The translations under genes were made by a program, and so were the position numbers. A stretch of DNA of 64,000 nucleotides from positions 186,001 to 250,000 of the forward strand of contig VRMN01000015.1 of NCBI GenBank assembly GCA_008690995.1. Direction: 5' to 3'. Source of the DNA: Porphyridium purpureum. Its lineage: Eukaryota. A model generated the notes under the pieces. It did no database searches, had not been told where the DNA came from, and worked only from the letters and a program-made list of their open reading frames with translations. This document shows, one piece after another, positions 1 to 12,559 of the stretch (positions within the stretch are counted from its first letter, which is position 1; each line of letters begins with the position of its first letter).

Positions 1-446
1 CACGCGATTTGTCGCGGCTTGATCGCCGCCCAGAATACTGCGCACTTCCCGAAGCTTATTTTCGTTACCCGTCACAAACGTCACGGTCAAGTCGGCGCCG
101 GACGCGGCCATCGTCGCCCAAGTGCTGCGCGCGCAACGTGGACGCGCGAAACGGCGGGCACGAAAACGCCACGTCGGCGTGCGGTGCGCGCGACGCGAAA
201 GAAGCCCTGGCGGTAATACGAATGCGGCAAAATCGTGTGAGTGACCGGGCATTCTGTTCCTGAACGAGGATCCGCGGTTTTCCCTCGCACCGCTTCAAAG
301 TATGCAACTGAACTTAGCTGGTGCATTGGAGCCGAACCTACCGGGTTCTGGCGCGAGCCAATTCACCGGGACGCATGGGCAGGACGCCGCCTAGCCGTAT
401 CGAGCTTTCACCTGCGGGCGCGAGCCGCCACCTGCAACGAACTTTA

Positions 447-797
447 TTAATGAGCGTACTTAAAATGAATCAGGTCATCGACGAACGCCGAGCTGACGGG
501 CACGCCATGCTTCTCACAAATTTCCTTGATCTGCTTTGCGTCGGCTGCCTTTTGCTCCGGCGTGGCGCCCATTTTCTTCGCCATTTTCTTCAAGAGCTCG
601 CGCTCCTCCTTCTGAAAGTAGACCGCCTCCTGCGCGTGCTCCTTGTCCTCCCACGAGCGGCCCAACCCCCCCGACGCAATCTCGCCCGACAGTCCGCACC
701 GCGAGACGTACCCCACACTCCCCACGCCAGCGACTCTACTCCAAGCGCTGAGTCCGCGACCCCACCCAACTCTGGCCACGCTCATGCTCACCGCCAT
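447..797 (-). CDS. Mitochondrial F1Fo-ATPase inhibitor protein (IF1/IATP family)
   Basis: ATG at 797 follows a purine-rich leader. An Arg/Ser/Gly-rich presequence is followed by GGLGRSWEDKEHAQEAVYFQKEERELLKKM, which resembles the IF1 inhibitory segment (kE.A.E..YF...e.e.l..l). Confidence 0.7.
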   Translation of the reverse strand: MAVSMSVARVGWGRGLSAWSRVAGVGSVGYVSRCGLSGEIASGGLGRSWEDKEHAQEAVYFQKEERELLKKMAKKMGATPEQKAADAKQIKEICEKHGVPVSSAFVDDLIHFKYAH

Positions 798-1861
798 CTT
801 CTCCTTCTCTCCTCTTCCGTCCCTTCCGCCTCTCCTCTCTCTCCTACCTCCTCTCTCCCCCCCACAACCAACACCGAAAAACTTTATAGCGTCATCTTCG
901 CCCCTACACAAAATCAGCGCCTTCTTCTCACACTCCCACCTGGCACGATCCTTTGCTCACCAAAATCACAAAACAACCCAGATTTACTAGGACAGCGCCC
1001 AGCCGGGTAGAGGAGGTACAGCCAAAATCCAACAGAGTACAGCGATGTACAGCGGCATGTACAGTCTTGTACAGTGAGGTGTACTGTGGGAATTGGCGCA
1101 CAATCGGTTCAGCTGGACGGTGGGCGTGCGAGCTGAAATCTGGCGCTGCGTGTTGATGCGCTACGCGGCAGCTGCACGCACGAAGGGGATTACGTCTCGT
1201 GTAGGATGTAGCACTTTTTCCCAGGCTGGCATGTGCTCCCGCGCGCACGACCACTGTGGTCGAGTGATCGGCGTCGAGCTTGATGTGCGGGGTATGTATG
1301 ACTATCGATGCGCGGCTTTGGGTTCAGTCAGGCGCCCGTCACGCTCTTTGATCGTGGCAGCGGCCAGCATTGGCACAGTTCTTGGCCAAGCTTCCTTGCG
1401 GGAGACCGGTCTTCGGGCAGCGGTTTTGCCGTGGAACAAGCCGCTGCTGTGCGCGCGCATTTCGCCACGCTGGCTGCACCGACGCCGACGCGACTGCGGC
1501 TGTTTCCTCGCGACCGCGCCATGCGTCATGAGCAAACCCGCGCGCGCGTGCCTCTGCATAGCCAGCGCCGCGTGCTGGCTCCATGCACCGCGTTCCTCAC
1601 TCATCCAGCAAGCCACAAACTGCGACGACGCCACGCCGTCTGATGGCAGACTTGGGATTCCGTGTTGACATTTGCATTCAGTAGCAGCAGGCGCTCGAGG
1701 GGTCATCGCGGGGTCATCGCAAGTCACGACGCACAAGCATCACGAAATCGGTGCGTTTTGATGGAGACGTGCGCTGTACCCAACACCACAACTGTACCTT
1801 CACCACCGATTTTTAGATGTTCGCGGGCCGGCGCGGTGGCACGTACAGTATACTGTACTTT

Positions 1862-1912
1862 CTAGGGTTTCGGTTTTGAGAGGATGATTAGGGTTAGGGT
1901 TTAGGGTTTAGG
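1862..1912 (+). repeat. Interstitial telomere-like / telo-box tract (TTAGGG/TTTAGGG units) upstream of MDH
   Basis: ctagggtttc at 1862 and ttagggttagggtttagggtttaggg at ~1887-1912, about 155 bp before the MDH ATG. Confidence 0.8.
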
Positions 1913-2067
1913 GGGAAGTTTGGATTTTTGGATTTTTGGATTTTGGAGGCGGTGGCGGTGGCGATGCTGTCGGTAGCGGGGAAGGGCGAGTGGGAGAGAG
2001 CAGGCGAAGGAGAGAAGGAGAGAAGGACAGGAGAGAGAGGGAGGGAGAGAGAAGAGCAGAGAGCAAG

Positions 2068-3075
2068 ATGGACGGCATGGATATTGGGTCGAAGGGGGTG
2101 GTGCGAGTGGTGGTCACGGGAGCGGCCGGGCAGATTGGGTACTCGCTGGTGCCGCTGATTGCGGGCGGCAAGATGCTTGGGCCCGGCGTCAAGGTGGAGC
2201 TGAGGCTGGTCGAGATCCCGCCGGCCATGGGCGCGCTCGAGGGCGTCAAGATGGAGCTCGAGGACTGCGCGTTCCCGCTGCTCGATAAGGTCGTGTGCAC
2301 CTCCGACGCCGCAGAGGCTTTTGTCGACGTCGATATCTGCATCCTCGTCGGCGCGTTCCCGCGAAAGGCAGGCATGGAGAGGAAGGATCTGCTCGCAAAG
2401 AACGCAGCCATCTTCAAGGCGCAGGGCGAGGCTCTCAATAGCGTCGCCAGCCCAAATGTCAAGGTCGTCGTCGTTGGGAACCCGGCAAACACAAACGCAC
2501 TCATCCTGTCCACCTTTGCGCCAAACGTGCCCAAGTCGAACATCACCGCGCTCACACGACTCGATCACAACCGTCTCAAGGCAATGGTGGCCCTCAAGCT
2601 GGACAAGAACGTGACCTACGTCGATGGCGCCGTCATCTGGGGCAACCACTCGGCCACCCAATTCCCTGACGTGCTCAACTGCAAAGTGGACGGAATTTCG
2701 GATCCGATCCGGGAAGCGGTCGGCGGCGAGGCATACTTGCGTGACGAGCTCATTCCAAAGATCCAGAAGCGCGGCGCGGCGATCATTGCGGCGCGCGGTC
2801 TGTCGTCCGCTATGAGCGCAGCGAACGCCATCTGCGATCACATGAACGATTGGCTGCACGGCACAGGCGACAAGTACGTATCTATGGCCGTCTTTGCAGA
2901 CGGAAGCTACGGCATCAGTGAAGGAATTGTCTACTCAATGCCCGTGCGTACCATGAAGGGCGGCTCGTATGAAATTGTGCAGGGCCTCACTGTAGATGCG
3001 TTCAGCCAAGAATACATGAAGGCGACTGAGGCAGAGCTGCGCGCGGAGCGCGAGGACGCGCTTTCAATTCTCTAA
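2068..3075 (+). CDS. MDH1: Cytosolic NAD-malate dehydrogenase
   Basis: Motifs [58 protein letters not shown] and [13 protein letters not shown] at 2068; the upstream TTG extension is a low-complexity purine-rich leader. Confidence 0.96.
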   Translation: MDGMDIGSKGVVRVVVTGAAGQIGYSLVPLIAGGKMLGPGVKVELRLVEIPPAMGALEGVKMELEDCAFPLLDKVVCTSDAAEAFVDVDICILVGAFPRKAGMERKDLLAKNAAIFKAQGEALNSVASPNVKVVVVGNPANTNALILSTFAPNVPKSNITALTRLDHNRLKAMVALKLDKNVTYVDGAVIWGNHSATQFPDVLNCKVDGISDPIREAVGGEAYLRDELIPKIQKRGAAIIAARGLSSAMSAANAICDHMNDWLHGTGDKYVSMAVFADGSYGISEGIVYSMPVRTMKGGSYEIVQGLTVDAFSQEYMKATEAELRAEREDALSIL

Positions 3076-3341
3076 TCTCGGAATTGCGCTACGCATGCGA
3101 GAACGGCATGACATGCCTGTGTCGACAATATGCCGGACTCTTTTTGAATTTCTTTTTTGTGAAATGTGGTGTGGAAGGAGCGAGTGAGTGCTCTGCATGA
3201 TGTGCTATCACACTAAAAGCCCCGCGCACAGATCATGAGGGTTGAAAGTATGCGAGCCGTAACACAAACAAGAGATGAGAAAAAAACTTAATAAAAGTAC
3301 GGCGTATTTACATTTTCGAGCAGGAGCAGCTTGCGGCCTTC

Positions 3342-5192
3342 TCACTCTCCATCTTCATGAGCATTCCATTGACGCCCCGTCTTGCGCTTGTCGAAGAACA
3401 AGACGCCCTCTAAACGCAGATATTCCGCCAGCGTTCGAAACGACACGTCCAGAGGCCGCTGTGGCGCTTCGCGCAGCTGGTCTCTCAGCAAACCAAGGTC
3501 CACCATCCCGCCACCCGCGATTTGTTCGTAGACGCGCGCAAGTTCACTCAAAGTCTGCGATATACAACGTTGCTTGTATTCCGAGCAGATTCCGTTCAAG
3601 CGCGCCACAGACCCCTCATTCGCACAGTCGACGGCAGAGGGCGCCACTTCATCACCATCGGACGGCGAGCACTGTGTCAATATGAGTTCGTGCCTCTCCT
3701 CGTCGCTCGGCACATCAAAGCCGTACGAGTCGGTTTCAAGGGGGAGTGGAAGCGTGCTTGGAAACAAGGGTCTTTCTGGACTACTGGTCGTTCTTTCTTC
3801 TTCTTGTTCCAGCAGGTTATCATGCTCGTCCCTGCTTTCACTGTCAAAGAGACGCGAACGCAGTGCAACCTCAGAGTTCTCTGGAGAATCGACGTTGAAC
3901 TCGCGGATGTGGTTGATAGGACTTCGAGCTCGCTTGTTGATTAGCCCTCGGCAAAATGCTGGTGTACGAAGCAAATCATCTTCGTCCTCGCTGCTCATGC
4001 CTTCAACACGCCTTTTTGCGAGCGTGTGCTGATTGGAATCGACATGTGCGGTGCACGGATGCACCACATGCTGTTCGCACGAATTGTCCAGGTCAATCAC
4101 TTCGTCGCCCCGGTGTGCGTTGAGTCCAGTTTGCGCAACCTGTGGCTTCTTCATTGCGCCGCTCAGATGCGCAAATCCATCTGCAACTCGGCGACCGACT
4201 TTGGGAGAGCAGTTGAATGGCTGCGTGAGAGAAACGAATACCAATTCGTCATCACTACTTGGAGCTGCGTCTCCAGCATCTGTCGACAGGGCTTCTTCCA
4301 AATGTAAGTCCACAGGATCTTGGACACTTGCTTGTTTGCTCCGTTGCATTGCCGTTTGCAGGAGGAGCATGGATGGGCGCGCATCGAGAATTCTTTTGCG
4401 GGCGGCCTTTGGCAGCTTCATCGAATCCAAAAGCTGTTCAAACTCTGGCAAACAGTGCATGAGCTCGCGCGCGTGTCGATGCAAGCTGAACTGAGCCATA
4501 TATCGACCAAGACCGAGCGCGCAGAGCCATGCATTCAGCACACGGTCGCCTTGCGTACTCTTGTCGTGCTGCGCCTTTGCACGTCGCATTTCTTCCATCA
4601 AACGCCCGGGTCGACTCGCTGCCGTGTTGTCATTAGCGTCCAGGCATAAGTTCACGTGCTGCATCCGCATCTCGAATGGCATGTTTTCCAAACTCAGCCC
4701 ACACACAATACATTCAGCAATACTTTCTCCCGCCTGAGCCTCATCTGAACTACTTGCGCTTTGGCCAAGCGACCGCTCTTCCAACCGCTCATTCTCACAC
4801 GACAGCACGTGCGCCTGCCGATGCCGCGGCGCAAAAAGATCGAGCGACATGCTGCAGAACGGACACTCAACGCGCGGCATGCCAGCCGCGGCAACGGTGT
4901 CTGCGTTCATCCCTTTTCGCTCAGGCGACATGCTCCCACTTGAAGCACCAGATTTCAAAATGGTTAAACGCGCCGAGTTCGTTTCAATTCTCTCCCCTAG
5001 AGGTACAGTTCTAGCTGTACTATGTTGGCTACTCATGCGCGTCTGTGCACAAAACGACGTGTGGTGGTGTCTGCCATGCGAGTCGGCGTTTCGGTTTGGT
5101 GTGGAGAGTTTGCGACACAAGGCGCGGGTTGTGGTCGCGTGTAGAACGACGGTGACGGTCTTGCGGGGAAGCAGGCGCGCATATGTGCTCAT
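3342..5192 (-). CDS. SLX4-like structure-specific endonuclease scaffold (two UBZ-type zinc fingers, SAM-like domain, C-terminal SLX1-binding-like domain)
   Basis: UBZ-like motifs CPFC..HVLSC and CIVC..HVNLCLD; SAM-like LNAWLCALGLGRYMAQF; C-terminal VYEQIA..VDLGLLRDQL..VSFRTLAEYLRLEGVLFF resembles the SLX4 conserved C-terminal domain. The true start may be a downstream ATG. Confidence 0.6.
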   Translation of the reverse strand: MSTYARLLPRKTVTVVLHATTTRALCRKLSTPNRNADSHGRHHHTSFCAQTRMSSQHSTARTVPLGERIETNSARLTILKSGASSGSMSPERKGMNADTVAAAGMPRVECPFCSMSLDLFAPRHRQAHVLSCENERLEERSLGQSASSSDEAQAGESIAECIVCGLSLENMPFEMRMQHVNLCLDANDNTAASRPGRLMEEMRRAKAQHDKSTQGDRVLNAWLCALGLGRYMAQFSLHRHARELMHCLPEFEQLLDSMKLPKAARKRILDARPSMLLLQTAMQRSKQASVQDPVDLHLEEALSTDAGDAAPSSDDELVFVSLTQPFNCSPKVGRRVADGFAHLSGAMKKPQVAQTGLNAHRGDEVIDLDNSCEQHVVHPCTAHVDSNQHTLAKRRVEGMSSEDEDDLLRTPAFCRGLINKRARSPINHIREFNVDSPENSEVALRSRLFDSESRDEHDNLLEQEEERTTSSPERPLFPSTLPLPLETDSYGFDVPSDEERHELILTQCSPSDGDEVAPSAVDCANEGSVARLNGICSEYKQRCISQTLSELARVYEQIAGGGMVDLGLLRDQLREAPQRPLDVSFRTLAEYLRLEGVLFFDKRKTGRQWNAHEDGE

Positions 5193-5394
5193 GGGCGCGT
5201 CGTCCCCGCGAACATAAAGCGGCGGATAATTTGGGCGAGCCTCGGGGCAGCGGAAACCACGCGTGCTCCGTGAGGAGAGTTATTGTTTGTTTGCCCACCG
5301 CGTTGTAGCAGGGTAAGTAAAGCGTGCTTGTGTTTTTGATGCTTCGAGATTGGCTCCTTGCTTTGCGATAGCACCAGTTGGCTTTTTAACGTAC

Positions 5395-5730
5395 ACCGTC
5401 ACACAGCTCTTCTCCCTTTATTACAGGTTTTTCTTCTTCTTCTTGTCGATTGACGGTTGCCTCTCTTTATTTTTCTCAATCTAGTCGTCCAACTCGACGC
5501 GGACTGTACGCCGACTTCGCTGAAGGAAAAGTTACGCAGGTTTGAAAATCCTCTGCTGGTCGACCACTTCACGACCCCTCAACTAATCGCGCAAAAAAGG
5601 GCTAGACAAAAAACTTGTACAAAAATATGCGATGTTGATTGAGGAGGCGCATTTGTCAACGGGCGCCGCGTCCTCTTTCTTGTCAGTACTTGGCGCCGCT
5701 CGTCTCGAGTCATGTTTGGCTTTAACAGTG
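5395..5730 (+). repeat. Dispersed repeat, copy A (homologous to 12560-12920)
   Basis: Shared blocks ttcttcttc..attgacggttgc, gccgacttcgct, cgcaggtttgaaaa.cctctgct, ccacttcacgacc, aaaaaacttgta, gggcgccgcgtcct and cttgtcag.acttggcgc.gctcgtct. Confidence 0.85.
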
Positions 5731-6899
5731 CATTCGACAGAGAACAGATGTGTACGAAAATTTTGTCAGGAGTTTTGATTTTGGTAAGGATTGCGAGCTA
5801 CATTTGCAAAGTATGGTTTCAGACAAAGCACTGCGCATCACGAAATGAGTCATCTGTGGCAAGAATGCGACGCATTTACGCGGCATCTTGGGAAATGGTG
5901 CGAGCATTCGTGTGCTGCGCTCGAGTTCCGCTTCTTGGGGCTCGTTCGCGCCGAGCAGACTCGCTAGAGCAAGAAAGGTATAAAACTCAAGGCATGGACG
6001 GCCAAATTCGCGAAGCGAGCAAATAAAAGCAGGCAAGGAGGTTGCGAAGTTCGCTAGTGGTTATCTAGTTAGTAGACGTAGTGTGAAGTAGCCACAATAT
6101 TCACCATCAAAGACGTGCTTTGTTTCCTTCCGTATCCGTGTGAAAATGATGGCCGGTAGGAGCTGCACCCCGTCCGAGGGATTGCGTCTCGGAGCGTGTG
6201 GTAGTAGCGGGGGACGCGCAAGCCCCCAGCGCGGGGAAACGCGCCCCCAATCTGTGGCAGTTTCGGAGGACAAAGCCCACGTCGTGTGGGCGCGCAGCTC
6301 AATCCGACCGGTGGCTGCAAACGCGCACCGCATCTTGTGGCCATCTTTTGCGGAGGGGCGCCGCGGCGTCGTTGGTGCACCGCGCTTCTGGCGAAGCATT
6401 GGTACTTAATGCCGCACGATGAAGCTGGCAGGCTTCTGCGGCCCCAGATCCATAGAGCCACGGTTGAAGTTGTTGTGTCTGATAAAAGGACCTTCATTGT
6501 TATTCTCATACTCTCTGTCTCCGTCATGGCTCTATTCTACTCGCCCGAATCCGCTGCGGCACTAACCTCGCAAGAATTTGTCAATTATTTATTTAATGAT
6601 TGACTGGATACGGTCTTCACTGTACCCAGATGACCCTCAACACATCTATAGAAGGTTCCATCGAGGGCTTCATACAGCTAGAGAAGGATAAGAGCGCCGA
6701 TTGACGGCGAGCGAGAAGAGAAGGCAAGACTTTAGTCTAGTGATAAGGGTTTGAAGACCACATCATCATCTGTCACCCCGACTCCAAAATATCGAACAGG
6801 AACTTTCCGTCACGCAACCAGCAGTCGCGTGCGTTTCGTGCTGTCACTCTGTAAAGGTGGTGCAGCGCATAAATTGAACCATTGAGAAGCTACCGGCCG

Positions 6900-9800
6900 A
6901 AGGGGAAATCGAAAAGAATAAGGTGCAGCGGCGGTGACTGGAAGAACATGTACCACCGCTAGGGTGACAGTAAACGAGGATATAAGCAGAGGGTTCGCAA
7001 CCAGCGAGAGCAAGTCGCGGCAGAATGAGCTGGATGCGGAGGAGCTGTCATGGAGCCGGTCTGTTCGGTGGCTGACGCTGTCAGGCGACCGGTGTGAGGG
7101 TACGGAGGTATTCTTTTCGTGAGGACTGGTGCGAGTTGATGCCAAGCTCGATAGCGGTATGTGCCTATCGCGGATGGGACCGGAGCTATTCCGTGAGCTC
7201 AAGGGCGAGGCTGGAGGAATCCAGCCCGCACTCATGCCTCTGGCACCCGACGGAAGGGCAATGAAAAGACGTTCAGTTAATGTGACGAAAATAAACCTTA
7301 ACAGGAAGTGCTCTCCTGAGCAGCTGCAGATCATGCCTGGGCTGGTCTCGAGACCTTTGCTAGGACAAGAACTTCTCTATCGCAACCAAAGGAATATCGA
7401 TTGGTACCCGGGCCGTGTTACATTCATCACCGTTAAAAGAAAGAATCGGATCCCTTCTAGCGTGCGGCCATACCTACATCCAGTGTTGCCACTTGACGAG
7501 ATGCCAGAGGAATGATCGGAGCATGAGCTCACCAGAGAAAGATTCCAGACTCTTGACCTCAATGCATTTGGGTCGCTCGAAAAGCGCGTACGCCGTATTC
7601 TTCCTGAGAATATAGACTTGATCCTCCGGAACGAAATAATTGAAGGAAAAGTATGCCGAGTGCGGCTCAGACCGAGAGCGGTGATGGTAGATGCACCAAG
7701 AAGGCGCAAATCCCAGAAGAATTCGGAGGTTGAGGAGAAAGAAACTTGAAAGCCCATAGAAAGAAAACCATCGAAGAATGCACGCGAGGCGAATGGGGGC
7801 CTGCAAGAGCATTCGTATTCAAAACGTTTGGCACCCTCCTAATGTCGACTGTCTTTCGTGGCTAGAATAAGGATAAAGAGAAAGAGGTGTGATCGTTCAG
7901 AGACCTACACGAGGTTTTGGAGCTCCTTGCGAGGGAAGCTTAGGATCATCTTTGTATTTAAAGGACAGTTTCTTTGCCATCGTGCTCGACACGGAGTCAC
8001 AGGCTCTGACAGCTATGAAGGCAAAAATGGGGCTGTACCAGTACAAGAAGCGTCCGCAGGTTCTTGTCACAAGTGCTTTTACCACGCAACGAGCTACCGA
8101 CCGTCGAAGGGGATTTCAAGGAGAAGCGGCGAGTTTTCTGAGCGATATTCATGTGGCATCGCCGATGCTCGAGGCGCATATTGCGGTAACAGAGAGAGCG
8201 TCAATCTCTTGTCAGGCTCATGCAGCAATACTGAATGTTTCGGCGTGCCACATTGGTAAGGAAAATGTCGAAGCGTTAGCTGACGATGTGAGATTCGGAA
8301 AGATTCGCCTAAGCAAGAAGCATGCGAAAGCTGCCTAGAAACTACGAAAGCTGACTAGCGCAGCGACATTCGTCCGCATTCTCGGATCGGCGAGCCGAAT
8401 TGAAGGTCTTGTCTCGAGCTTATCGTAGGTTTTGAGTTACTCTAGATGCAACGAAAAGAGGCGGAATCGATACACTCCGTTATAATCTCGGATCTCGATT
8501 ATTGCTGGAACATCAAATATTGGTACGGCGCGAGCTAAAGCAGCGATTGATAAGCACGCAGGGACTGGTGCCGCTCGCGCACGGAAACGTAAACGCCCAG
8601 TCACGGACGCCTCACAGATGGATTGCGGCAGGGTACTTGGGCAAGAGGAAGCGGTTGGGACTCTGGAAACCAATTGATTTCTTTTCCCGGTCGTTACGCG
8701 GTGCGGAGCTGAACTATCCCGTAGGCGACGAGGAACCGCGGCCGTCATCCATGCAACGAGTAAATTAAGGCATTTCAAGCACGGATCGAATTTAATCGTC
8801 ATGACAGATTCTCAAGCATTGATATGGCTACTGATTCGAATCCCACGAGGCGGCCGGTAAGATGTTATTAGGAGCTCCAAGATGCAGACCTCCAGGTAGA
8901 ATATTGACCCGGGCCTCAGATGCAGGCAGCGGACAGTCTCTTGAGAGACTCGGAAGATCAGTAGATGACCTGGAAGTACTCATCGCATTGCCGATCGTGC
9001 TTGAGTTCATGATGGAATAGAAGGCAAGTCGTGCGGAGCTAGGAGAAAAGTTGAATTGGAAGGTCTTTTTTTGTTTTCTTTTTTGTATGATCACTGGATG
9101 ACTCTTCTCAAAAGCAATAACTTTGCAAGTTTGTGCAGCGATGAGTGCTGCGCTTTAGATGATGCAGCTCTCGAAGCTCATTTCGCTGTCCGATCGCCTG
9201 AGCGCGCACATGAATTTCTTCGCAAGGTCCGTCTTCGTGTTCAATGTGAATATCAGTCTTTATCCATCATCGACCTGTTCGCTATTGCTACTCGATATCT
9301 GAATGTCACGACAGATCCCAACGACATTTTACCAATGCTCCTGGTATTCGGAACCATTCCTAGGATCGCGGTTTATCTTGGCATTGCTCAGCATGATTGG
9401 TGAGAACTGCAGGAGACGAGACTCTGTGCCAAATATATCGCAAGAAATCAATACTGGAAAAAGTTTTGGACGAATCTAGCTTTCTCGTGCAAGATATTAT
9501 TGATTATCACCGTTTCCACGGCAGGATGACCCAGTTCGTCCTGGATTCGGCGTTCTTGTGCGCTACGAACGTGCATACGAGTACGCTGGGCCATGTTTTT
9601 CTTGCTTCCATAGACGGCACGGACGTGTAGGTTGCAATACCCAGCCAGATCCCTGGTCATGGCGGTCGCGTACATTTGATAAAATACCATATTGCCAATA
9701 TCAAACTGTATCGTTCTACAAGTACGACGAACTCTGTCCCTAAAAGTGACGCGCCATTTACCGCTGCGCCAGCTTTATGCACGGAAAATGATAAGGACAA

Positions 9801-11300
9801 TTTCATGACATCTCGCCGGAAGGAAAGTGCAGGCTTGATTGATCAAAGAACTTTCATTCGATGCTCACAGCCTCCACGAGGTGCAACTGTGCCTAAAGTA
9901 CGATTTGTCGACACCATTTAACAAGACGGCAATGAAAAATCTCGACTAGTTGTATAAGGCTAGCGTTTCGCACATCGTCACGGGACAAAAACTGCTCTTT
10001 GTGCGCCAGCTCTTTCGCAATTGATGTTTTGTGGTCTCGTCTCGGTTGCAATCATCCGCCAAGAAACGTGAAGGTATCGAGTTCTAGCGCAGGAGTATGT
10101 GAAGAGCGGCTCTGATCTACATCGACTAGTATATGTACGACTGTCTCCGGATTAATTGCGCCTGTTCCAGCTTACCGGTAAACCAGATTTGGTTCGGACA
10201 CAATATCTTCTGGTGCGACGAGCGTTGTAAGGTCTTCGCGACAGTGGTACCGTTAGGACTGCGACCTCACGTAGGTATCTTAAGGACCACGGTTCTAGAC
10301 GCGCTGCTCCGGATCTGCATCCATACCGACTTCTCGCGCAAAATGCACCGCCTCATGGAGCACTGGGTGGACTCGTCGATGAGGTGATCGGTTTTGGTCA
10401 TACCATGTTCTGTGGACGAGAAGGACGGGTCGCAAACACCTCTAAACACAAAGGTTTGCACCAAACACCATTCCCTTCCTACGGATATGCAGTAATACAG
10501 CATCAACAAGAGAAAGCAGTAAAGATCCATCATACTGCCTATGTGAAACAGTATCTTTCGAATCTCTGCCAACTTTCCGATTTCGAAAGCTTTCGTTCGC
10601 TGCAAGGCAAACTTGCCTATTTTGCGAATGGTACGCGACCCGACTTTCTCGGCAGCGCCAATATTCAATGACAAGTTAAAGCGACATACTTTGACGACAC
10701 TGCCACCAAGCGTCTTTCAAGAATCTCTTACTTCGTCAATCGCCAAGGCCGCAAACTTTTATATCTCCCGCTCGACGCAAGCCGTCTTCATTTACGTGTC
10801 TATGCTAATGCCTCATGTGGCACACATCAGGACGGCGGATCACAACTGGGCATCGCCATCTTTCTGGGCGATCACACGGATCGAGGTCATTTCCTTCATG
10901 CCGTATCAAACCAGTCACGATACTTTGTCACATCTTTTCTGAGTGCAGAACTACTCGTATTATGCTAAGCATATGACCATACTCAAGCAATCCAAGCAGA
11001 ACTGCATGCTTTTCAAATTCACGCGAAGCTTGTGCTGTACACAGACTCAAAGCATATATTTGATGCACGAACGTATGGAACGACCTTGTTTGAAAAGTGC
11101 ATGATGGTACGGCTCATGTCACTCCGCGAAGGAGCCAAAGGCTTATCTATCACCGAACTTCTCCGCACCTCTGGCAATCGCAATACTGCCGATACACAAA
11201 CAGAATACAAACTGACTCGTCGACCTTGGACATTTGTGCAAGCGAAAGGTCGTCTCTTCGATACATGTGAGGAGCGTCTGTACTAAATTGACGACAAGAA
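6900..11300 (+). mobile_element. Heavily decayed Ty1/Copia-type retrotransposon
   Basis: Broken pol motifs in several frames: KVRFVDTI*QDGNEKSRLVV (RT start, ~9890-9955), YFANGTRPDF (~10620), LRVYANAS..GGSQLG (RNaseH, ~10790), LYTDSKHIFD (~11035) and RNTAD. The 5' boundary is uncertain. Confidence 0.7.
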
Positions 11301-12559
11301 GAAACCCAGGTAGCAAGAAGAATGCTTTTATGTAACATCAATGCATGCTTATTTCTCCGCCATTGCTCCAAAAACAGAGTGAGTCAAATGTCAGAACCAC
11401 GTACCTCCAAGTGCATACATCCGACTGTCAGAACCCAATCAGCAACATCGAGGCGCATGGACAGAGCGTCTTTACCTTGGTGCCACTAAAGCTTGACCTA
11501 AAAGCGTCGACACGAGGTCTCCCAACAATGCTGTGGGCGGCTGGAAGCGCAACAACAGATATAATGTATAATAGAGCGCGTCAGGTCTAAGGACCGTCGT
11601 CTTGACAGCAAAAAAGGATTCAATGATCGTGCGGAGATTCAAGTGAATGCATCCTTGCATTTGGAAGGCCGTGGCTACATGTCATGATTGACCTCCTCCA
11701 CTGCAACGATCTAACGACACTTTCCACTGTGATCCTACTGCACCCACAAACTCTGGTTGAAACCGGGCTCTATATTTATTCTCAGGGCGTATAAACGGCA
11801 GAGTGGTGCTAGAGCTAGGGCTAGGATAAATATATGAGGGCCCCCGCAAACGGTGGCCAGAGAAGAGTAAAACGGAGGGCAGACGGGGTCAGTGGAATTG
11901 GGGCTATGTTCTCTTTCGACGGAGCTGAGGAAGAAGGGCGGACGTAAGGGCTGGGGCAGCCTATTGCGCGGCATGTAGAAATGAGTCATCGAGAGGGATT
12001 CCGAGCCGGCTGCCTTGTTCAGCTCCCGTGCGCACTTGTGCACTCTTTGGAGCACAACACGCGAAGTTCGCTGTAAAAGCAGCGACCTAGCTCGGTAGGA
12101 TCGACACTCAGGATTTGCACATGGAGCGGAATGTTTTCCTGTACTTTGTCTTCTCCTCCTGATTAGCTACTCCTCACTTGTACAACCTCGTCTAGCACTG
12201 CTGATTTCAAAGAAGTTCCTCTCGAGAGGCTGACCGTCATATCCGCAGTGTCTAGCAAGTTATTAAGCTGGGTTTCGCGAAAGGACGCGGGTTCGAAGCA
12301 GTGGCGATTTCAAAGGCGCGCTCATAGGGTCGCTGCGCCTGAAAGAGGAGCCGCGGCACGGGCGCGAATAGCCGAACCTTTGCAGCACGCGCAAACATAA
12401 AAGGTGGCAGCTCTCGAGTCGTTCAGTCCGAAGCGGAAGAAATAGTGTAGATAAGTTAAGAAAATTAAGATTTGCTGCGGGTAAAACGCCTTGAGTTTTT
12501 CCTCCCTCTTTCCTCCACTCCGGGTACAGTTTAATCTGTACCTGGGTTTTGCTGCCAAT

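Noticed and set aside
1843..1865. Hairpin followed by CTAG as a Helitron 3' end
   Set aside because: The palindrome is not GC-rich, the spacing to CTAG is only ~3 nt, and no matching 5' end or Rep/Hel remnant was found.
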